Source of the DNA: Eledone cirrhosa
Lineage: Eukaryota
Reading direction: 5' to 3'
Length of the DNA stretch: 64,000 nucleotides
Assembly (NCBI GenBank): GCA_964016885.1
Contig: OZ024742.1
Coordinates: 55,366,001 to 55,430,000, forward strand
The notes under the pieces were generated by a model. It was given only the letters and a program-made list of their open reading frames with translations. It made no database searches and was not told the origin of the DNA. The first letter of the stretch is position 1, and the number at the start of each line of letters is the position of its first letter. Made by a program: the position numbers and the translations under genes. Below are positions 25,411-40,656 of the stretch, piece after piece.

Positions 25411-28400
25411 ATTTTTCTTTGAGTCTCAGTCATTGATGTTATTTAACTGAAATGTTTGTTGAAATGAATATCAAGCCGCTACCTGCAGCCTCAGATATTC
25501 AGGACGTATCGGAGTGTTCTTGCTGTTCCCAGCAAGCATGCCTTTTAAAGTGTTCCAAAAAGCGGGGCTGGACTAATCTTCTTTAACCATCTTTGGAAAC
25601 TCTTTGAGATAGTACCTAATGCGCCTATGACAATCTGGACGACCTTGATTTCATGGCAGTTCCAAATCCTTTTTAACTCCCACTTTAAGTCCTGGTATCG
25701 GTTAATTTTCTCCCTCTCCTTTTCTTGCACTCTCGTGTAAAATGGGCAGGCTGCATATAGAATCAGGCACGATCTTTTTTCCTTGTCCAAAACTACCAGG
25801 TTAGGCCTATTGTGTTCTAATTTCTTGTCCGTCTGTATCCTAAAATCCCATAACACCTTCACCGGATCGTTTTCTATCACCGACTCTGGCTTATGCTTAC
25901 ACCACTTCTCAGAATGTGGTAAATTGTTTACTTTGCATAGGTTCCAGTGGATCACGCTGCCTATCACATCATGTCTCCAGCCTTTATAGTGAGTCTGGAT
26001 TAGGTGTTTACAGTTGGATATAATGTGAGCCACAGTCTCCTCTCGCTCTCCACAGATCCTACAGTGTGGGCTAGCCTCCTCCTTGTAAATATGGTGTTTT
26101 ACCCACATCCTTTTGAGTGCTTGCTCTTCCGCAGTCAAGTATTTGTGCAGGTTATTTTTCCCCATCTGAACACATTCCTCCATGCGATAAGACCTCTTCC
26201 AACTTCAGGCCTCTTTAAGTAGAGTCTATCGACATCACTCCTCTTGTGCAATATGTTGTAAATAGTCAATAGCTTCCTAGTCTTCCTATCCATTTCTTTT
26301 TTTTCAGCAACATTCTATTTCAGAATTCCCGCAATGTAACTAATAATAGACACAGCTCGGGAATTCACTGCACTTATGACATTCCTACTATTTTGATGTG
26401 ATTTCAATACTCTCCCTACTCTCCTTATGTACTCAGATCTTATCAATTCCTTCATTTTTTTGTTCTTGAGGTCATCTGCTTCCAGAACACCTAAATATTT
26501 GTATCCTTCTTCAGTGTCAATTTTCTTTATTATCTCACCTGTTGGTACCTGGATTCCGTTGCTTCTGCTCAATTTACCCCTCTTCATCACTAGGACTCCA
26601 CACTTATTAATACCAAATTGCATACATATATCACTGCTGAAAATACGGAAAGTGTCAACAAGTACATCCAACTCCTTCTCAGACTTCCCAAAGAGTTTAA
26701 GATCGTCCATGAAGATGAGATGGTTGATGGTAAGCCGTGTATCCTGCTCTCACTTTTCGCAATATAACGGTCAGGAGTTTCAGGGCAAAGACAAACAGCA
26801 GAGGGGACAAACTATCTCCTTGGAAGATAACTCTCTTGATCTTCCCTCCTCACAACGATTTTTCACCCGATGTTAACTCTGTTTCCCAGGACTTCATAAT
26901 TTTGCTCAACAACTGTTTGATGTTATCTGCCATCTTGAAGATCTCTAGGCTTTTGGTGATCCAAGAATGAGGTACCATGTCGAATGACTTTTTGTAATCT
27001 TTCCATCCTATGGCAAGACCAGTGTGTCTCCTCTTGCAATTCCTCATTACCATATTATCAATAAGTAACTGGTCTTTTGTACAACGGGACTTCTTTCGGC
27101 ATCCTTTCTGTTCGTCCGGTAACAATGTGGAGGTGACAATGTGGAGGTGATGGTAGATTTCCTCAGACACAATGCTTGTTAACAGTTTCCACATTACGGA
27201 CAGACATGTGATAGGCCTATAGTTGGTAACATCATTACCCTTGATTCAGTCTTTCATTACCAGAACTGTGGTACCTTTTATCAACCACTCTGGTACCTCA
27301 CCCGACATCAAGCATTCATTGAACATGGTTGTCAGCTTCGGGTGGAGGGATGTTATATTTTTAATCCAATACCCCAGTATACCATCTGGGTCTGGGGATT
27401 TCCAGTTGGTTAGTATTTTGGCCTGCCCTTTAAGAGTTTCAACTGTTATACTCAAATCAGGTTGTTGGTGTGCCTGTTCACAAATCTCCTTTTGAACTGT
27501 CTCAATCCACGCTGCCTGACTATTATGTTCAACATCCTGCTCCCATATTCTTCTCCAGAATGCCTTAGTCTGTTCTGCATCAGGGATCAAGTCGTTGCCG
27601 CTTTCTTTCCCTTCAAGCTGTCCAAACATCTTCTGGCTGTTGTCAAACATGCGGTTCTGTCTGACTCTGTTCTCATACTGCCTAATCTTTTCACGTTTTG
27701 CTACAATACGTTGCTTCTGTTCCTCTATGATAATATTTAGCTTTTTCCCACTTGTTTTGTACTTTATTTACCAATCTATCTTTAGTGTCTATGTTTTGTA
27801 ATGTCCCATTCAGTAAGGACTCAAGATTTCCAATGTCTTTTCTCATTTCCTTGATTTGACCCTTCAGTTGTTTCTTCCACCAAGGTTCTGATCTTTCTTG
27901 TTTGTTGTTTCCTCTCGTTTTTATGTCAAGTAATTTCCTTACCTCATTTGCTGTTGCGTTGAGGATATTGTTGCATTGGTGAAGGTTCCTCGCCGCAAAG
28001 TATGGGATAACTTTGTTTACCTTAGCTGTTGTTTCTTTTAACTTTTTCCTGTCTACAAATCTTAGGTTCATAGGTTTTCCACTATCATTGTTCATTTCAT
28101 CTACCACTAAGTTCAGGATATCAACCAAATCTTGTCCTAGCCCGTCAGCATTCATTTCCTCAATGGTCGTATCTTTTTCCAGATGTTATTTATTTCAGCA
28201 TTCAGATCATTGTCTGCTTCGGATCTTCCTCAGGTCTCTCAACCTTTTCACCTTCATTTCCCAGTGGCTCGCTTATCCATCCATTAGTTCTTATTACCAG
28301 TGCCTGCCCTTCCAATTTTTGTTCATCTAATTTAAATAGACCAATCTCGTTCCAGATGTTATGCATCCGTTTCCTATAGCCTATTTCCATGGGGTTACTC

Positions 28401-28728
28401 TTCAGGTAACATTCAATGACAATTCTATTCAATTATTTCGTCCAGTTGGTTCTTGTCCCTTTCCTTGTTCTTCCTCCAACACCAGCAGTATTTGAATGAC
28501 AGCCAAGTCCCTGCTGCTGGGCCAGGGCCAACTTGCTGGGTGAGAGTCTTTTACATGACGTTCCAGTCTCCTTGTGACCATTATTCGAACTGTCTAGTTT
28601 CGACATTTAAACACTCATATCGAGGATTGGTGAATGTATGGTTACATAACCATCGGTGATTTTATCACCCCAGTGATTTCATTACTCCCGGTGATTTTAG
28701 CGTGGCACCATCACGCTGTAGACGAACA
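25411..28728 (-). mobile_element. Near-full-length R4/Dong-clade LINE with frameshifts
   Basis: IVIECYLKSNP...GYRKRMHNIW N-terminus, [40 protein letters not shown] (RT), CRICGEREETVAHIISNC zinc knuckle, VLWDFRIQTD...NRPNLVV endonuclease; 3' end followed by (AAT)n. Confidence 0.95.
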
Positions 28729-28989
28729 TAAATAAATAAACAAATAAATAGATAAAAACTTAAAAAAATATACATAAGTGTTATTGTAATGTTTGAATGT
28801 CTGACTTATATTTTTTGTTTTTTTTCGTTTTTGTTTTTCAAGGCCAGTAATATCGGCTGTTTTTGATTTTTGCTACGAGGGAAGTAGGAGTTGTTGTGTT
28901 CAAAACTTTGAAATTTGTTTTTCTTTTGCTGTTGCGTTTGTTTTTTGTCTGTGTTCTGTTCTGTAATACTTCGACTTGTTGCTTATCAT

Positions 28990-29160
28990 TCGGACGCACT
29001 GATTTGACGCATAGAGTTACAGCCCTTGCCATTCTGAGTTCAAATCCAGCCGAGGTTAACTTTGCCTTTCAACCTTACGGGGTCGATACAATAAAGTACC
29101 AGTAATGCACTGGGATAATTGCTGGCCTTGTGCCAAAATTAGAAACAATTATTATTATTA
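28990..29160 (+). mobile_element. Main-family SINE
   Basis: Consensus match ending AGAAACAATTATTATT. Confidence 0.9.
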
Positions 29161-29751
29161 TTTGACATCGTTTAAACTAAACATTTTGAGAGAGTTTAGA
29201 GACACAACAACAATGATTATTATGGTGTTGTTGTTAGCTGTTTGACCGGGTCACTAAATCTGTCTATTTATATCTTTTGGTGATTTCCTCGTTTCTAGTC
29301 ATGTGTAGTGGCACTACTACCTTCCCTCTCTTAACAGGCGGTAGTAAGGGCAGAGTGGTTGTAGCGATGGTGCAGTGGTGACGGTTGTGATGGGATATTA
29401 GTACGGTAGTGATGGTGTTGTTGCTGCTGTTGGTTTGTATGTAGCTAAATTTTTTGTGGTAGTGGTGGCGGCGGTGGTGGTGGTGTTGATGGTTAAATTA
29501 TTTGGCCGTTGTTTTCTTCTATTTGTAACCATTTGTAACCATTTTATTTTTTTACTATAAAATTTCTGATACAAAATTAAATATTAAATATTGGAGCCCT
29601 ATGCCATAGTGTTATGCGTTGTTACTTCCTGGGAGTTAAGACTGGTGTCTTATGTCCGATATGTAATAAGAATTATTCTATCACAATTGTTTTATATATG
29701 TAACAAATCAAAAACTTACGCGAGCGATTCCATAACACTCTATCCACCATA

Positions 29752-29791
<40 letters not shown>

Positions 29792-32700
29792 GGCGACCTA
29801 CGTAGTAAATCGTATCATCGTGACCTCCGCAAAGGTTTGTTGTTTTCGTTTGTTTATGGAAAGATTTTGTTGTTAACTGTTTATAAAGTCACAAAATTTG
29901 CTTTTGGAAAAGGAAACTCAAAAAGATTGGGGCCTTGAGCCCAAAATTTAAACTTTTATAATTATCAAACGAAAAGTTTATTTGAAAAAATCATGGACGA
30001 CTCACAGCTATACCAAGCAGCTGAGAGCCTTCCTCATAGTAACAAAACCCTTGTAAATATTACTACGTTTGCCAACACTAAAAATATAAGCAGTAGCAAT
30101 AATTTAAATTTGTCTCATGCAGACAGTCATTTCCCGCCATTACCAAAGACTGCAGGTGTTGAAGCCGCCACCCCCACCACCATCACAGCGACAACAAAAA
30201 CAAAAGAAAAAAATAAATTATCTCGCGACATTGAAATGCATTCACTCAAAATGGAATCTTCCACACCGAACACCACTGACGCCACCACCACCACCACAAC
30301 TGAAACTAAAAATAACCATAACAAAAATAACAATAACAACGGCAACAACAACAATGTGAATAATACACCGTGTCATTTGCCAAAGCAGCTAAAAAATGCG
30401 AAATAATCCAGGTAACACAGGAGGAATTAGATGAAGCCATGAGAATTGCGCCTATGCTCCGGGTCTTATTGGACGATTGATATAAAATCGCGCCGAGTGG
30501 AACGGGCATCCGAGTCCCAAATCTAAAAAGCTTTGGGACATGTGTTGGCAAAATAAAATCAGATCAAACGTGGGCAGAAATATGGAACCGTGGACGTGTT
30601 CTTTGGAACACCACATGAGGCCAGAGAGCACTCCATGGCCCAATTAAGAAGCGACGACTTCACACACGTCCCAAGCTATTGTGGCCAGAGACTCGTAAAG
30701 ATCAGGTTTACCCACGTTCCACCGGCCATCGAAATTACCTGCCGTCCTGGATCGGGAGGAGGAGATGCTGTGCTTTTGCGGAGACGTTTGGATCTCGCCA
30801 TATGGGCCATCTTCCTGGACTCAGAAGGTAAATTGGTGGTGCTGGACTTGACCAGCGGAGACGGGCAAGCTTTTAGGCTAGTGGCCGTCTATGCCACGAC
30901 AGGAGCAGGGCGGCCTGATTTCTCCCGGCGTCTGGAGACCTTTCTTGGAACGTCCCGCTGTTTAGTGTTAGTGGGCGACTGGAACGGGATCTTAGATGCA
31001 CGCTGGGACTGCGTGGGATTAGCGGATAGGGGAGGAGGCTGCAAGAGCCTCACCAACCTGCTCAGGCGTTTTGAACTGTCTGACAGGTACCGATTGGATT
31101 TCCCGAATGTGCCAATATGGACTTGGACAAATCGCATAGGGTCATCCAGATCATATCTAGATAGAGTATTTAGTAGGGAAATAGATAGGTCTAGCATAGG
31201 CTGTCAACAATTCAAGATAGTCAGCTACACGGACCACAAATTCGTGATCTGTGTGCTTGACTGAGATAGGCTTCATAGTTGAGGACCCGGCTACTGGAAG
31301 CTAAACGCGTACTTACCAACGCGCAAGGCCTACAGAGACCGGATTAGCAAACTAGTTAAGCGGTCGTTGACGGGGGCCATCGTCAACAACACGTGGTGGT
31401 TTGCTCTGAAAAGAGCGATTAGAATAGAGTCCATTAGGTTTAGTAAGGCTTTATCTATAGAGAAAAATAGAGCCGAGCGAGAACTAGTTAGAAAATTAGA
31501 CGAGGCGCATAGCAAAGACAACGCGACCGACGTACTAGCGGCGAAATTGACCCTTGACCAATTCTTCAACGCAAAGCACGAAGGCTGCGTTGTCAGAGCT
31601 AGGGTGCGTGCTCGATCTCGGACAAATATGTGAAGCTTTTCAGCGACACTTCGCTCAGCTGTTCGGAGGCAGCGGCGGGCCGGATCGAGGGATGGACTTT
31701 AGTGTCTACCTCGACGGACTGCCGCGGCTCTAGCCCACTGAGGCCGAGTGTTGCTAAAAGCCGATAACATCCGCTGAAGTACGGGAGGCAATGACTGACT
31801 GCACAAGGGGTAAATCGCCTGGTTTGGATGGTCTGCCCTATGAACTTTACGTACAGATGCCCGACTTGTTCGGAGGCCTCTTGGTGAATGTCTACTGCAA
31901 CTGGCAACAGAACGGGAGAATTCCCAACTCTGTGAGCCGAGGGGCTATGGCGCTGCTGAGAAAGGATCCGAACAAGGGGGATAACATAGATAATTTCTGG
32001 CCCATAATTCTGCTAAACGCAGAGTTCAACATTTTGGCCAGAGTGCTAGCAAAGAGGTTGGCGCTTGTCGTTGGTAGTCTGGTGGGAGAAGCGCAGACGT
32101 GCGCCATTCCCGACAGATCCATCCACCACAACCTCCACCTCATGCGATACACCGGGGAAAGGGTAGCTAGGGAACCTGGAACGGGTGGGTCCTTGATCAA
32201 TTTAGATCAGTCGAAAGCTTTCGATAGGGTCGACCATCGTTACCTAGCGGCAGTCCTGAGGGCGGCTGGATTTGGGCCCGTCTTCAGAGGCTGGATAGCT
32301 GCCATGCACAGCAACATCTGCTCTGTGGTGAGAGTCAACGGTCACCTTTCGGAACCGTTCAACATCATGCGCTCGGTCCGCCAAGGATGTCCCCTCTCGT
32401 CGCTCTTGTACGTATTGACTCTCGAGCCATTACTGCACAAACTGGAGACGTTAAGGGGGGTCCCGCGCGAACTAGGATGCGGAAGATCCGTGTTAGCATA
32501 TGGGGACGACGTCTCCGTAGTGGTGTCGAACACATCGGGGCGATCGGTACTACACTAAGAGAATACGAAGCGGTGACAGGACAAATGATCAACCAGGGAA
32601 AGTCAGTGGGCCTGCAGCTCGGCACCTGGAGAGGCAGGTCCATGCCGTCCAACAGCATCGTCGGGCGCTGGACGGACGACCGGTTAAATTGCTAGGTATC

Positions 32701-34053
32701 TGGTTCGCTCCGTACCTCCAGACGGACAAAATCTGGGACGAGGTGACGAGCAGGGTGGCTTCTCTCATCCAGAAATGTGCGGAGAGGAAGCTATCCCTGA
32801 AAGGTCGAGAGATGAGGTGGCTAACCCGTACATCGCGTCCGTCATCTACTACCGCCTGACCGTCGTACCTTGTTCTAAGCCCCGCCTGATTGCGCTGGAG
32901 CGTTTGCTATTTCGCTTTTTGTGGAAGGGACGGGCTCCGATGGTCAGGCGGTCCATCTGCTGTCAACACCCGCTACGTGGAGGGCTGGGCATGCCGTGGC
33001 TGATGATGCGCAGACACGCGCTCAGGCTACAACTTCTCCACCTCTTCCTCGACGGTGATCAGGTGTGGTCGCCGTTTGATAGACGCGTCTTTCCCCAGCT
33101 CGTCTCCTTGACGGAGCTGCAGTCCTGGGTCAAGCGAAGACCGAGCGCTCACACCCCTCGACCAATCGGACAATGTGATCGGTGGAAACTCTACCCTGGC
33201 ATTCTATAGAGGATTAGTGGATGGGAAGAGCGACGACGTACTTGGGGAAACTCTAGGCGTCGACGAAAATCAACTAGCCAATCGCTTCGGAAGAACTTTC
33301 GGGCCGGGGCCTATGGACAACTTCCAGAAATCTCTGCCCTGGCAGTGCTACCGAGGAGCGCTGCCAGTTCGGCATAAACTCTACAGGCATGGAGATGCCG
33401 TCAGCCGGGCATGTCCGAGATGCGCGCAGGGCGACGAAACTGTCCTGCACGCACTCGTCCTGTGTCCGAGTATAGCTGACTTGTGGGTTTAAGTCGAACA
33501 CCTGCTGTCGCGTGTAGGACGGATCCAGCTATCAGCTGAGTCCATCGTGAGGATTGCTCCGCCCTCTTCCTTTAGCCGGGAAGGGCAGGCAGATTTTATC
33601 TGTCTGGTGGCCATGGCGAAAGAGATAGTATGGTTGACACGTTTGAAAGGGCTGAAGACGAGCACTTACCTCTTCGGTGATACCCCGATTAACTTTTTCA
33701 AATTTCATTTGAAAAGGAAAATCAGGGTAGAGAGGGAAGTGCTCTCTTCCCAGCATTTTGTTGAAAGATGGGTGAGAGAGGCAAGAATGGCCTGACTGAA
33801 TGGGCCTACTCTGAGTATGTGTCTGTAAATTAAGGGTGGAAAACTGGGAGAGGGCACTTGGCTTTTTAATGGGCTTTCTCCACGAATGTCCCTCGGAAGT
33901 TTCCCCCGTATTGGGGAAATTTTCATTGTTATTTTTTTGTTACATCCTCTGATTTTGTTTTTTACACTCAGAAATGCCCATTTGTACCGTCCTGTATTGT
34001 CCTGTACTGTCCATAATGTATACTTTATGTAAACCCATGAGGTTAATAAAGAA
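29792..34053 (+). mobile_element. Near-full-length L1/Tx1 LINE with stops, frameshifts and an ORF1-to-endonuclease deletion, inserted in (ATT)n
   Basis: ORF1 remnant from 29993, APE motifs LVGDWNGIL, SYLDRVF and TDH, RT KSPGLDGLPYE, KAFDRVDH and QGCPLS, zinc knuckle CPRCAQGDETVLHALVLC; (ATT)n on both sides. Confidence 0.96.
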
Positions 34054-34129
34054 ATTATTATTAATATTATTATTAATATTATTAGCATCATCATTATCGT
34101 CATCTCCATTATAAATATGGCTTTAGTAT

Positions 34130-34330
34130 GGCAATGGATTGACAGCTTCGGTAGGACGTCAGGCAACATGCTTCGTGGCATAGAGTTACGTCCCTTTACG
34201 TTCTGAGTTCAAATCTGTCGAGGTTAGCTTTGCATTTCCTCTTTACGAGGCCGATAAAATAAAGTAACAGTAATAGACTTTCATTCTCGTTTTCAAATTG
34301 CTAGCATTATGTCAAACATAGAATTAATTA
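34130..34330 (+). mobile_element. Main-family SINE (diverged)
   Basis: TTCTGAGTTCAAATC...GATAAAATAAAGTAACAG. Confidence 0.8.
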
Positions 34331-35385
34331 TTGTCTTGAGTGAATGGCCTTAGGCTCAGTATGAGTCTCATAGCAAGGGATTAACTGCTGAAAGAGATAC
34401 AAAGGAAGAGGTAGATAGAGAAATAGAAAGAGAGCGAGATAAACGGAAAGCGATAGATAATGAGAGTGAAAGAAAAACAGGCGGAGCAAGAAAGAGAGAC
34501 TGGGAGAGGGATTGAATGAGAGAGAAGGAGAAAAAACATGCCCACGAAGGTAAATGTAATCCTTGATTTGCAAAGTTCACTAATTCACCACCCGTAGTGA
34601 TATAACTCTGGCTACTATAAGGCGTTTTTATTTACCTAGTAAACTTAGTGTTTATCTTTAATCGCTTTTTCATTCAATTTAATATAAATCCACCGCTTTG
34701 TTTGTAACGTAAAGTTCCAATACCCATTGTCTTAGTGGCAATCAAATAAATACACATTCTTATTATTGTTATCGATATTATTATATTTCTAGTCATCATA
34801 TATGAGATTAGTATTGTTTATTAAACTAACATTTCTAAATATACTGGCTCACGAGATCTAACAAATCACCACTGAAATACTGTTTATGGGTTCAATCTCT
34901 TACAATCGAAAGAGGCAATCTGGAATATATATTTGTATGGTATGTCTATTCTTAGACTAGTGTCTATTATTAAAGCTTCACTGTGATTAATGCCTTGTGA
35001 GAACAATTGGGTAAATGAAACAGCGCGAAATTTCGTCATATGTGCGTGTGTGTGAGCGTGTATGTGAGCGTACGTGTCTAAGCGTAGAGCGTGAGTCTGA
35101 ATGGATATAAGTGTGGGTGGGTGTGAGTGTGAGTGGGATGTTTGTAAGTATGTCTATGTCTATTTGTGTGAGTGTGTCTATGTCTCTCTCTCCTTCTCTC
35201 TCTCTCTTTATGACACTACATTTGATGATCAAATCATATTCAAATTAATAAAATCTTTGAAGCAAAAATATAACTTCCTTTTTATTTATTTTGTTGACGT
35301 TTTGAAATTAAAAAAAGCTGTCTTACATGAAGCAATGGTGGGAAGTTTTAAGATGATTATAAACACTTTAACCTTTATAGATCCA

Positions 35386-36800
35386 CTAGCATTAAAGCCC
35401 GGCGTTGCTCGGCATCATTAAGTTACCAAAGTTAGGTTGCACCACCCATTTAATGGCAGCACTTTTTTGTCTGCCAGGCACTGGGTGAATGAATTGCAGA
35501 CCTGGAAGCATGAGCTGCGCCAGCAGTGACAATTGTAGTTTCGCCTATGGATATTATCTCTGTGCAAAAAAGTGTTGAAATTTATTGTTTCACAGTACTT
35601 GCGCAACACGCGCGTAGATGATGCCAGCCGAACAACAGAGCTGCGATGGAGTTGTTCTGCATGGATGTCTGTGTGTTTTCTAAATTTAAGACAGTAGGGA
35701 GGGTTGTGATATGAGGGAGAGTTAGCTGTTGTTTCTAGCAGGTTTAGTGACCTCATAGAGGATATGTGTTTTCTAAATTTAAGACAGTAGGGAGTGGTGT
35801 GATATGGGGGAGAGTTAGCTGCTGTTTCTAGCAGGTTTAGTGACCTCATAGAAGATATGTTTTCTAAATTTAAGACAGTAGGGAGGGGTGTGATATGGGG
35901 GAGAGTTAGCTGCTGTTTCTAGCAGGTTTAGTAACCTCATAGAGGATATGTGTTTTCTAAATTTAAGACAGTAGGGAGGAGTGGTGTGAACGGACAGTAT
36001 CACCATCAAGCTTGGAAAGAGAAAGTAGCAGAAAGTATGAAGTTGTATAGATTTTGAATGGTAGTAGAAAGAGTTCAGCAGTTTAAAGGAGAGAGAAAAA
36101 TCGTAAAATATTGAGTTTTATCTATTTTTTGCGTAATTGTGGGTGAAATTGAAAACATTATCTGCGTCAAGACGCAATCGAAGCTATTTCGAATTCTGAA
36201 TTGTAAATTTGAATTGAAGAAATGCTATATCGTAGATTTCTATAACGAAGGAGCATGTCCACACACTGAGCTTTATAGATTATGATGATAAAGGGTGAAA
36301 GTTACTTAAAGATAGAAATTGTAATGTGAATGAAATGTGGAAACATTTTGACCGTGGAAGGAAAAGAAACAAATATTTGGAGTTGAAAGAAATTGTTTAG
36401 GTAAGTATAGCGACAGAGTGTGTAAAGTGTATTGAAACGTGAGTTAAAAGAAAGAAAATGAAGTGAGATTTGTAAAAAAGGAAGTTGTTTACGTACATGT
36501 GAAAATATTTGTGTAAAGTGTATAGAAACGTAAATTGAAACAAATAAAATGAACTGACATTTTTAAGAAAGGAATTTATTTACGTACATGTTGCAAATGG
36601 CAAATGTTTGTGGTTATAAATCCCGCACGTTGTTTAATTGAAGTGAGTGTGTGTTTGTATGCGTTTGGAAATAAATCAGTAAGTTTGAATTTCCGCACGT
36701 TGTTTAATTGAAGTGAGTGTGTGTTTGTATGCGTTTGGAAATAAATCAGTAAGTTTGAAGTATAAAAGAGAAAGTAGCAAAATGTGTGGGTTGTAGATAG
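35386..36800 (-). mobile_element. Probable non-autonomous Helitron (3' end supported; 5' end uncertain)
   Basis: Minus strand ends GCCGAGCAACGCCGGGC-TTTAATG-CTAG followed by T: a GC-rich hairpin just upstream of CTAG; interior has tandem repeats. Confidence 0.55.
35665..35990. repeat. ~93-bp tandem repeat, about 3.4 units
   Basis: TAAATTTAAGACAGTAGGGAG at 35681, 35774, 35865 and 35958. Confidence 0.95.
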
Positions 36801-37298
36801 AGGAGGAAAGCAGATGGATTGGCAGTATCGGTAGAGGGTCGGACGCCATGCTTTCCAGCATAGTTACGTCCCTTTATGATCTGAGTTCAAATCCCGTCGA
36901 GGTTGACTTTGCCTTTCATCCTTACGGGGTCGATAAAATAAAGTAATGCACTGGATAATTGCTGGCCTTGTGCCTAAAGTAGAAACAATTATAGAGTAAA
37001 ACGGACAGTATCACCATCAAGCTTGGAAAGAGAAAGTAACAGTAAGTATGAAGTTGTATAGATTTTGAATGGTAGTGGAAAGAGTTTAGCAGTTTAAATG
37101 ACAGAAAAATCGTAAAATATTGAGTTTTATCTATTTTTTGCGTAATTGTGGGTGAAATTGAAAAAATTATCTGCGTCAAGACGCAATCGAAGCTATTTCG
37201 AATACTAAATGGTAAATTTCAGTTGAAGAAATTCTATATCGTAGATTTCTATAACGAAGGAGCTTGACCACACACTGAGCTTTATAGATTATGATAAT
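35989..37298. repeat. ~300-bp direct duplication (35989-36288 and 36999-37298) and a 70-bp tandem pair (36623-36759)
   Basis: AACGGACAGTATCACCATCAAGCTTGG starts both copies; CCGCACGTTGTTTAATTG at 36623 and 36693. Confidence 0.92.
36814..36992 (+). mobile_element. Main-family SINE
   Basis: Consensus match. Confidence 0.92.
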
Positions 37299-37371
37299 AT
37301 GAAACCCGAGACGGTTTGTATGAAAAGAGATAAAGGGTAACTTTAATAACGTTACTGATCTCAATTCGGCG

Positions 37372-37553
37372 ATTTGGCAGTATCGGTAGAGGGTTGGAGG
37401 TCATGCTTTCTAGCATAGTTACGTCCTATTACGGTCTGAGTTCAAATCCCGTCGAGGTTAACTTTGCCTTTCATCCTTACGGGGTCGATAAAATAAAGTA
37501 CCAGTAATGTACTCGGTATTTGCTGGCCTTGTGACAAAAGTAGAAACAATTAT
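37372..37553 (+). mobile_element. Main-family SINE
   Basis: Consensus match. Confidence 0.92.
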
Positions 37554-37850
37554 AATTCATATTAAAATGGAATGAACAGTAGTCAGGACAACAAAAATGA
37601 TAGTTGAAAAGTGACTATTTAAACTATGAATTTGAAATAGAAGCATGAGTTTGTGTGATGATCATAGCTTTCGCGTGTGTTGCAGAAGTGTCGTTTTCTG
37701 TAGTTAAGACAGTCAAACTTACCATGCATATCACAGTGTTGTTTGCATCGACTATTTATTTCAGGCAGAACAACGAAACATTTGTGCACACACACACTTA
37801 CTATATGTATATATATATATATATATATATAGTATATGTATATATATATA

Positions 37851-39051
<1,201 letters not shown>

Positions 39052-39268
39052 AATTAGAGAAACGGTTGTAATATGTCTAATAAATTTTAATTCGTCGCAC
39101 CACTGATTCTCTGTTTGTTATGTGATAAATATATATATATTTACATATATATATATATATAGATAAATGAAGTTATTCCATCGGAAAAGTCCAGGAAAAA
39201 AGAGTGCTCTATGTAGGCAACAGAGCTTAATTATTATTATTATGTAATTAACAACATAAGGCAATTAT

Positions 39269-39326
39269 TCCATTTACCAGTCGTTTCTTAAAAGCAAAAG
39301 GTTTTGCTTTCAATCCTCAGAATGAA
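39269..39326 (-). ncRNA. Type I hammerhead motif (left arm)
   Basis: Same as the right arm with one stem III change (CGACTGG). Confidence 0.8.
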
Positions 39327-39732
39327 AAAATCCTGGTTTGTTTATTGAATTTGGATTATAAAATCAAAAATGCGATCTATATGAAAGTGAGGCTGGAGAA
39401 CGGAGAAGGAAAGGAAAAATAAAATAAAACTACACATGCAAACACACACACAAAAAAAACCCCAAAGCATACTTACACACACATACATATATGCATATAT
39501 ATATGTACGCATACATATATACATATACACATATATATAAAACGTACACTTACATACACATATATACACACATATACACATACATACATTAATACATATA
39601 CACACACACATGTGTGTTTGCATGTGTAGTTTTATTTTATTTTTCCTTTCCTTCTCCCTTCTCCAGCCTCACTTTCATATAGATTGCATTTTTGTTTTTA
39701 TAATCCAAATTCAATAAACAAACCAGGATTTT

Positions 39733-39790
39733 TTCATTCTGAGGATTGAAAGCAAAACCTTTTGCTTTTAAGAAACCACTGGTAAATGGA
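39733..39790 (+). ncRNA. Type I hammerhead motif (right arm)
   Basis: TTCATT-CTGAGGA-TTGAAAGCAAA/acct/TTTGCTTTTAA-GAAA-CCACTGG-TA-AATGGA. Confidence 0.87.
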
Positions 39791-39915
39791 ATAATTGCCT
39801 TATGTTGTTTATTACATAATAATAATATATATATAGATAGATAGATATATTTATATATATAGTTATCCACTCGCCGTCGAAAGGAGAAGAGCCCAGCCGT
39901 CGGTCAGAAACTTTA

Positions 39916-39973
<58 letters not shown>

Positions 39974-40271
39974 AAAGTAATATCAATGTTTATACACACA
40001 CAAACATGTAGTGTGTGTATATTATATATATATGCATGTATCTGCCTGTTTATGTGTTCGTGTATATATATGCTGCACACATACAATTATATTTTTGAGA
40101 GTCACAAAATTCTTCTATTTTGGCCGCAAAGGTGTATGAAGTAATGCTATTTTCTTATAGTTCGCAGTCTAATTCCAGCATAAGACAAGGGAGAAGTGGA
40201 AAAAAGGCAACTGTCATATTATGCACGAAGCTTAATATTCGATGTAAGACACTTAGGAGATTGAAATATAA

Positions 40272-40439
<168 letters not shown>

Positions 40440-40587
40440 GCTTGACAGTCTAGTTAAGAAATTCGCTCCATAAACACATGGATCTTGGTTCAGTATCGTT
40501 GCATGATGACTTAGAAAAGTATCATGCACTTAGCCACGGAATGACAACTCCTGTGTGTATATATGTGCATACATGTGTGTGTGTGTT

Positions 40588-40656
<69 letters not shown>

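Larger units (their letters stand above)
39231..39826. repeat. Inverted repeat, arms about 215 bp around a CA-rich spacer, one hammerhead per arm
   Basis: 39231-39450 versus 39611-39826, few mismatches. Confidence 0.95.

Noticed and set aside
28640-28728. HDV-like ribozyme at the Dong 5' end (also considered at the RTE 5' end, 62161-62221)
   Set aside because: Simple hairpins are present, but the nested double pseudoknot could not be built.
35665-35990. CRISPR-like array
   Set aside because: Whole units repeat with no unique spacers, there are no cas genes and the context is eukaryotic.
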